Positions 34,838 to 35,784 of a stretch of 35,784 nt of DNA are shown here, one piece after another. The stretch is taken from NCBI GenBank assembly GCA_044222475.1, contig JBGANF010000084.1, forward strand, positions 1-35,784, written 5' to 3'. The notes below the pieces were generated by a model, which saw nothing but the letters and a program-made list of their open reading frames with translations, searched no databases and was not told the origin of the DNA. The DNA comes from Polyangiaceae bacterium. Lineage in GTDB: Bacteria; Myxococcota_A; Polyangia; Polyangiales; Polyangiaceae. Positions within the stretch are counted from its first letter, which is position 1. Each line of letters starts with the position of its first letter. Both the position numbers and the translations under genes were made by a program.

Positions 34838-35784
34838 GTGGATTCGCGCGCATCGCTCCCTGCCGTAGGCACCGTCCTCGGCGGAAAGTACAGGGTGGAG
34901 CGCGTGCTGGGCGAAGGGGGGATGGGCGTCGTCTTCGAGGCGGTGCACGCGAAGCTCGGGCAGCGGGTCGCGATCAAGATGCTCCTGCCGTCGCTGATCG
35001 ACGTGCCCGAGCTCGTCAGCCGCTTCGAGCGAGAGGCGCGCGCCGCTGCGCAGCTCCGGCACCGCAACACGGCCCGCGTCGTCGACGTCGACGTCACCGA
35101 CGCCGGCGTTCCGTACATCGTGATGGAGTTTCTTCACGGTCACGATCTCGAGGGCGAGCTCGAGACCCGCGGTCCGTTGCCCATCGCCGAGGCCGTGCAC
35201 TTCGTCTCCCAGGCGTGCGCGGCGATGGCCGAGGCGCATCGCCTCGGGATCATCCACCGCGACTTGAAGCCGTCGAACCTGTTCCTCAGCGACGAGGCCG
35301 ACGGCTCGGTGTGCGTGAAGGTTCTCGATTTCGGCATCTCCAAGGTCCAGACCGACGACGTGAAGATCACCTCGACGTCGTCCCAAATGGGGACACCGCT
35401 GTACATGTCGCCGGAGCAGGTTCGCTCGGCGAAGAACGTCGACCTCCGAACCGACGTGTGGTCGCTGGGTGTCATCCTCTACGAGCTCCTCGCTGGCCGG
35501 CCACCGTTCGTCGGTTCGGCGGCGGGCATCGGCGCAGCCATCGTCAACGACGACCCGCCGCCGTTGCGTTCCCTGCGCTCCGACGTGCCGGAAGACGTCG
35601 AGCGCGCCATCGCCAAGGCGATGTCGAAGAACCCAGACGACCGCTTCGCGTCGACCCGCGACTTCGCCGAAGCGATCGCGCCGTACTCGTCGGTGCAAGT
35701 CCCCATCGAGTCGCTTCCGCGCGTGAGCGCTCCGCGGCCGATGGTGTCCTCGTCCGCGACGATCGCCAACGCCGAGACGCTGGC
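34838..35784 (+). CDS. Ser/Thr protein kinase, 3'-truncated by the window end (not in the ORF track)
   Basis: Manual translation from GTG 34838: MDSRASLPAVGTVLGGKYRVERVLGEGGMGVVF...VAIK...RFEREAR...HRDLKPSN...DFG...GTPLYMSPEQ...DVWSLG. No stop before the end. TACCCT lies 7 nt upstream. Confidence 0.93.
   Translation, partial: MDSRASLPAVGTVLGGKYRVERVLGEGGMGVVFEAVHAKLGQRVAIKMLLPSLIDVPELVSRFEREARAAAQLRHRNTARVVDVDVTDAGVPYIVMEFLHGHDLEGELETRGPLPIAEAVHFVSQACAAMAEAHRLGIIHRDLKPSNLFLSDEADGSVCVKVLDFGISKVQTDDVKITSTSSQMGTPLYMSPEQVRSAKNVDLRTDVWSLGVILYELLAGRPPFVGSAAGIGAAIVNDDPPPLRSLRSDVPEDVERAIAKAMSKNPDDRFASTRDFAEAIAPYSSVQVPIESLPRVSAPRPMVSSSATIANAETL

Overview
This is a high-GC, gene-dense chromosomal segment. 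The gene repertoire points to a myxobacterium of the Polyangiaceae/Labilithrix type (inference): eukaryote-like Ser/Thr kinases, kinase-STAND-TPR fusions, many Cys-rich lipoproteins with Asp-Ala-Gly linkers, TSP3 repeats and a GltD/AgmU-like TPR gene. About 30 genes are supportable, and most long ORFs in the track are antisense or alternative-frame shadows. I see no rRNA, tRNA, CRISPR array, integrase or transposase. The recognisable enzymes are a Uma2 nuclease, a class V aminotransferase, two Fe(II)/2OG-type oxygenases, a GH5 endoglycoceramidase-like hydrolase, a GH13 amylase and DUF2652. Most notable observations: (1) a coupled operon of an oxygenase, a Tat-anchored unknown protein with a Gly tail and a DUF1517-like protein, converging on a lipoprotein / endoglycoceramidase / oxygenase operon; (2) two paralogous kinase-STAND-TPR genes facing each other, one of them non-RD; (3) an orphan GltD-like gene broken by two mutually compensating frameshifts, plus a separate mini-GltD lipoprotein behind an ECF-type promoter; (4) apparently leaderless promoter architecture (TAnnnT 6-7 nt before the start codon) at many gene starts; (5) features missing from the ORF track, namely a HEPN-motif remnant, a 56-aa membrane protein behind a sigma54-like promoter, and a kinase running off the right edge. 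All family calls come from reading motifs by eye, with no database search.
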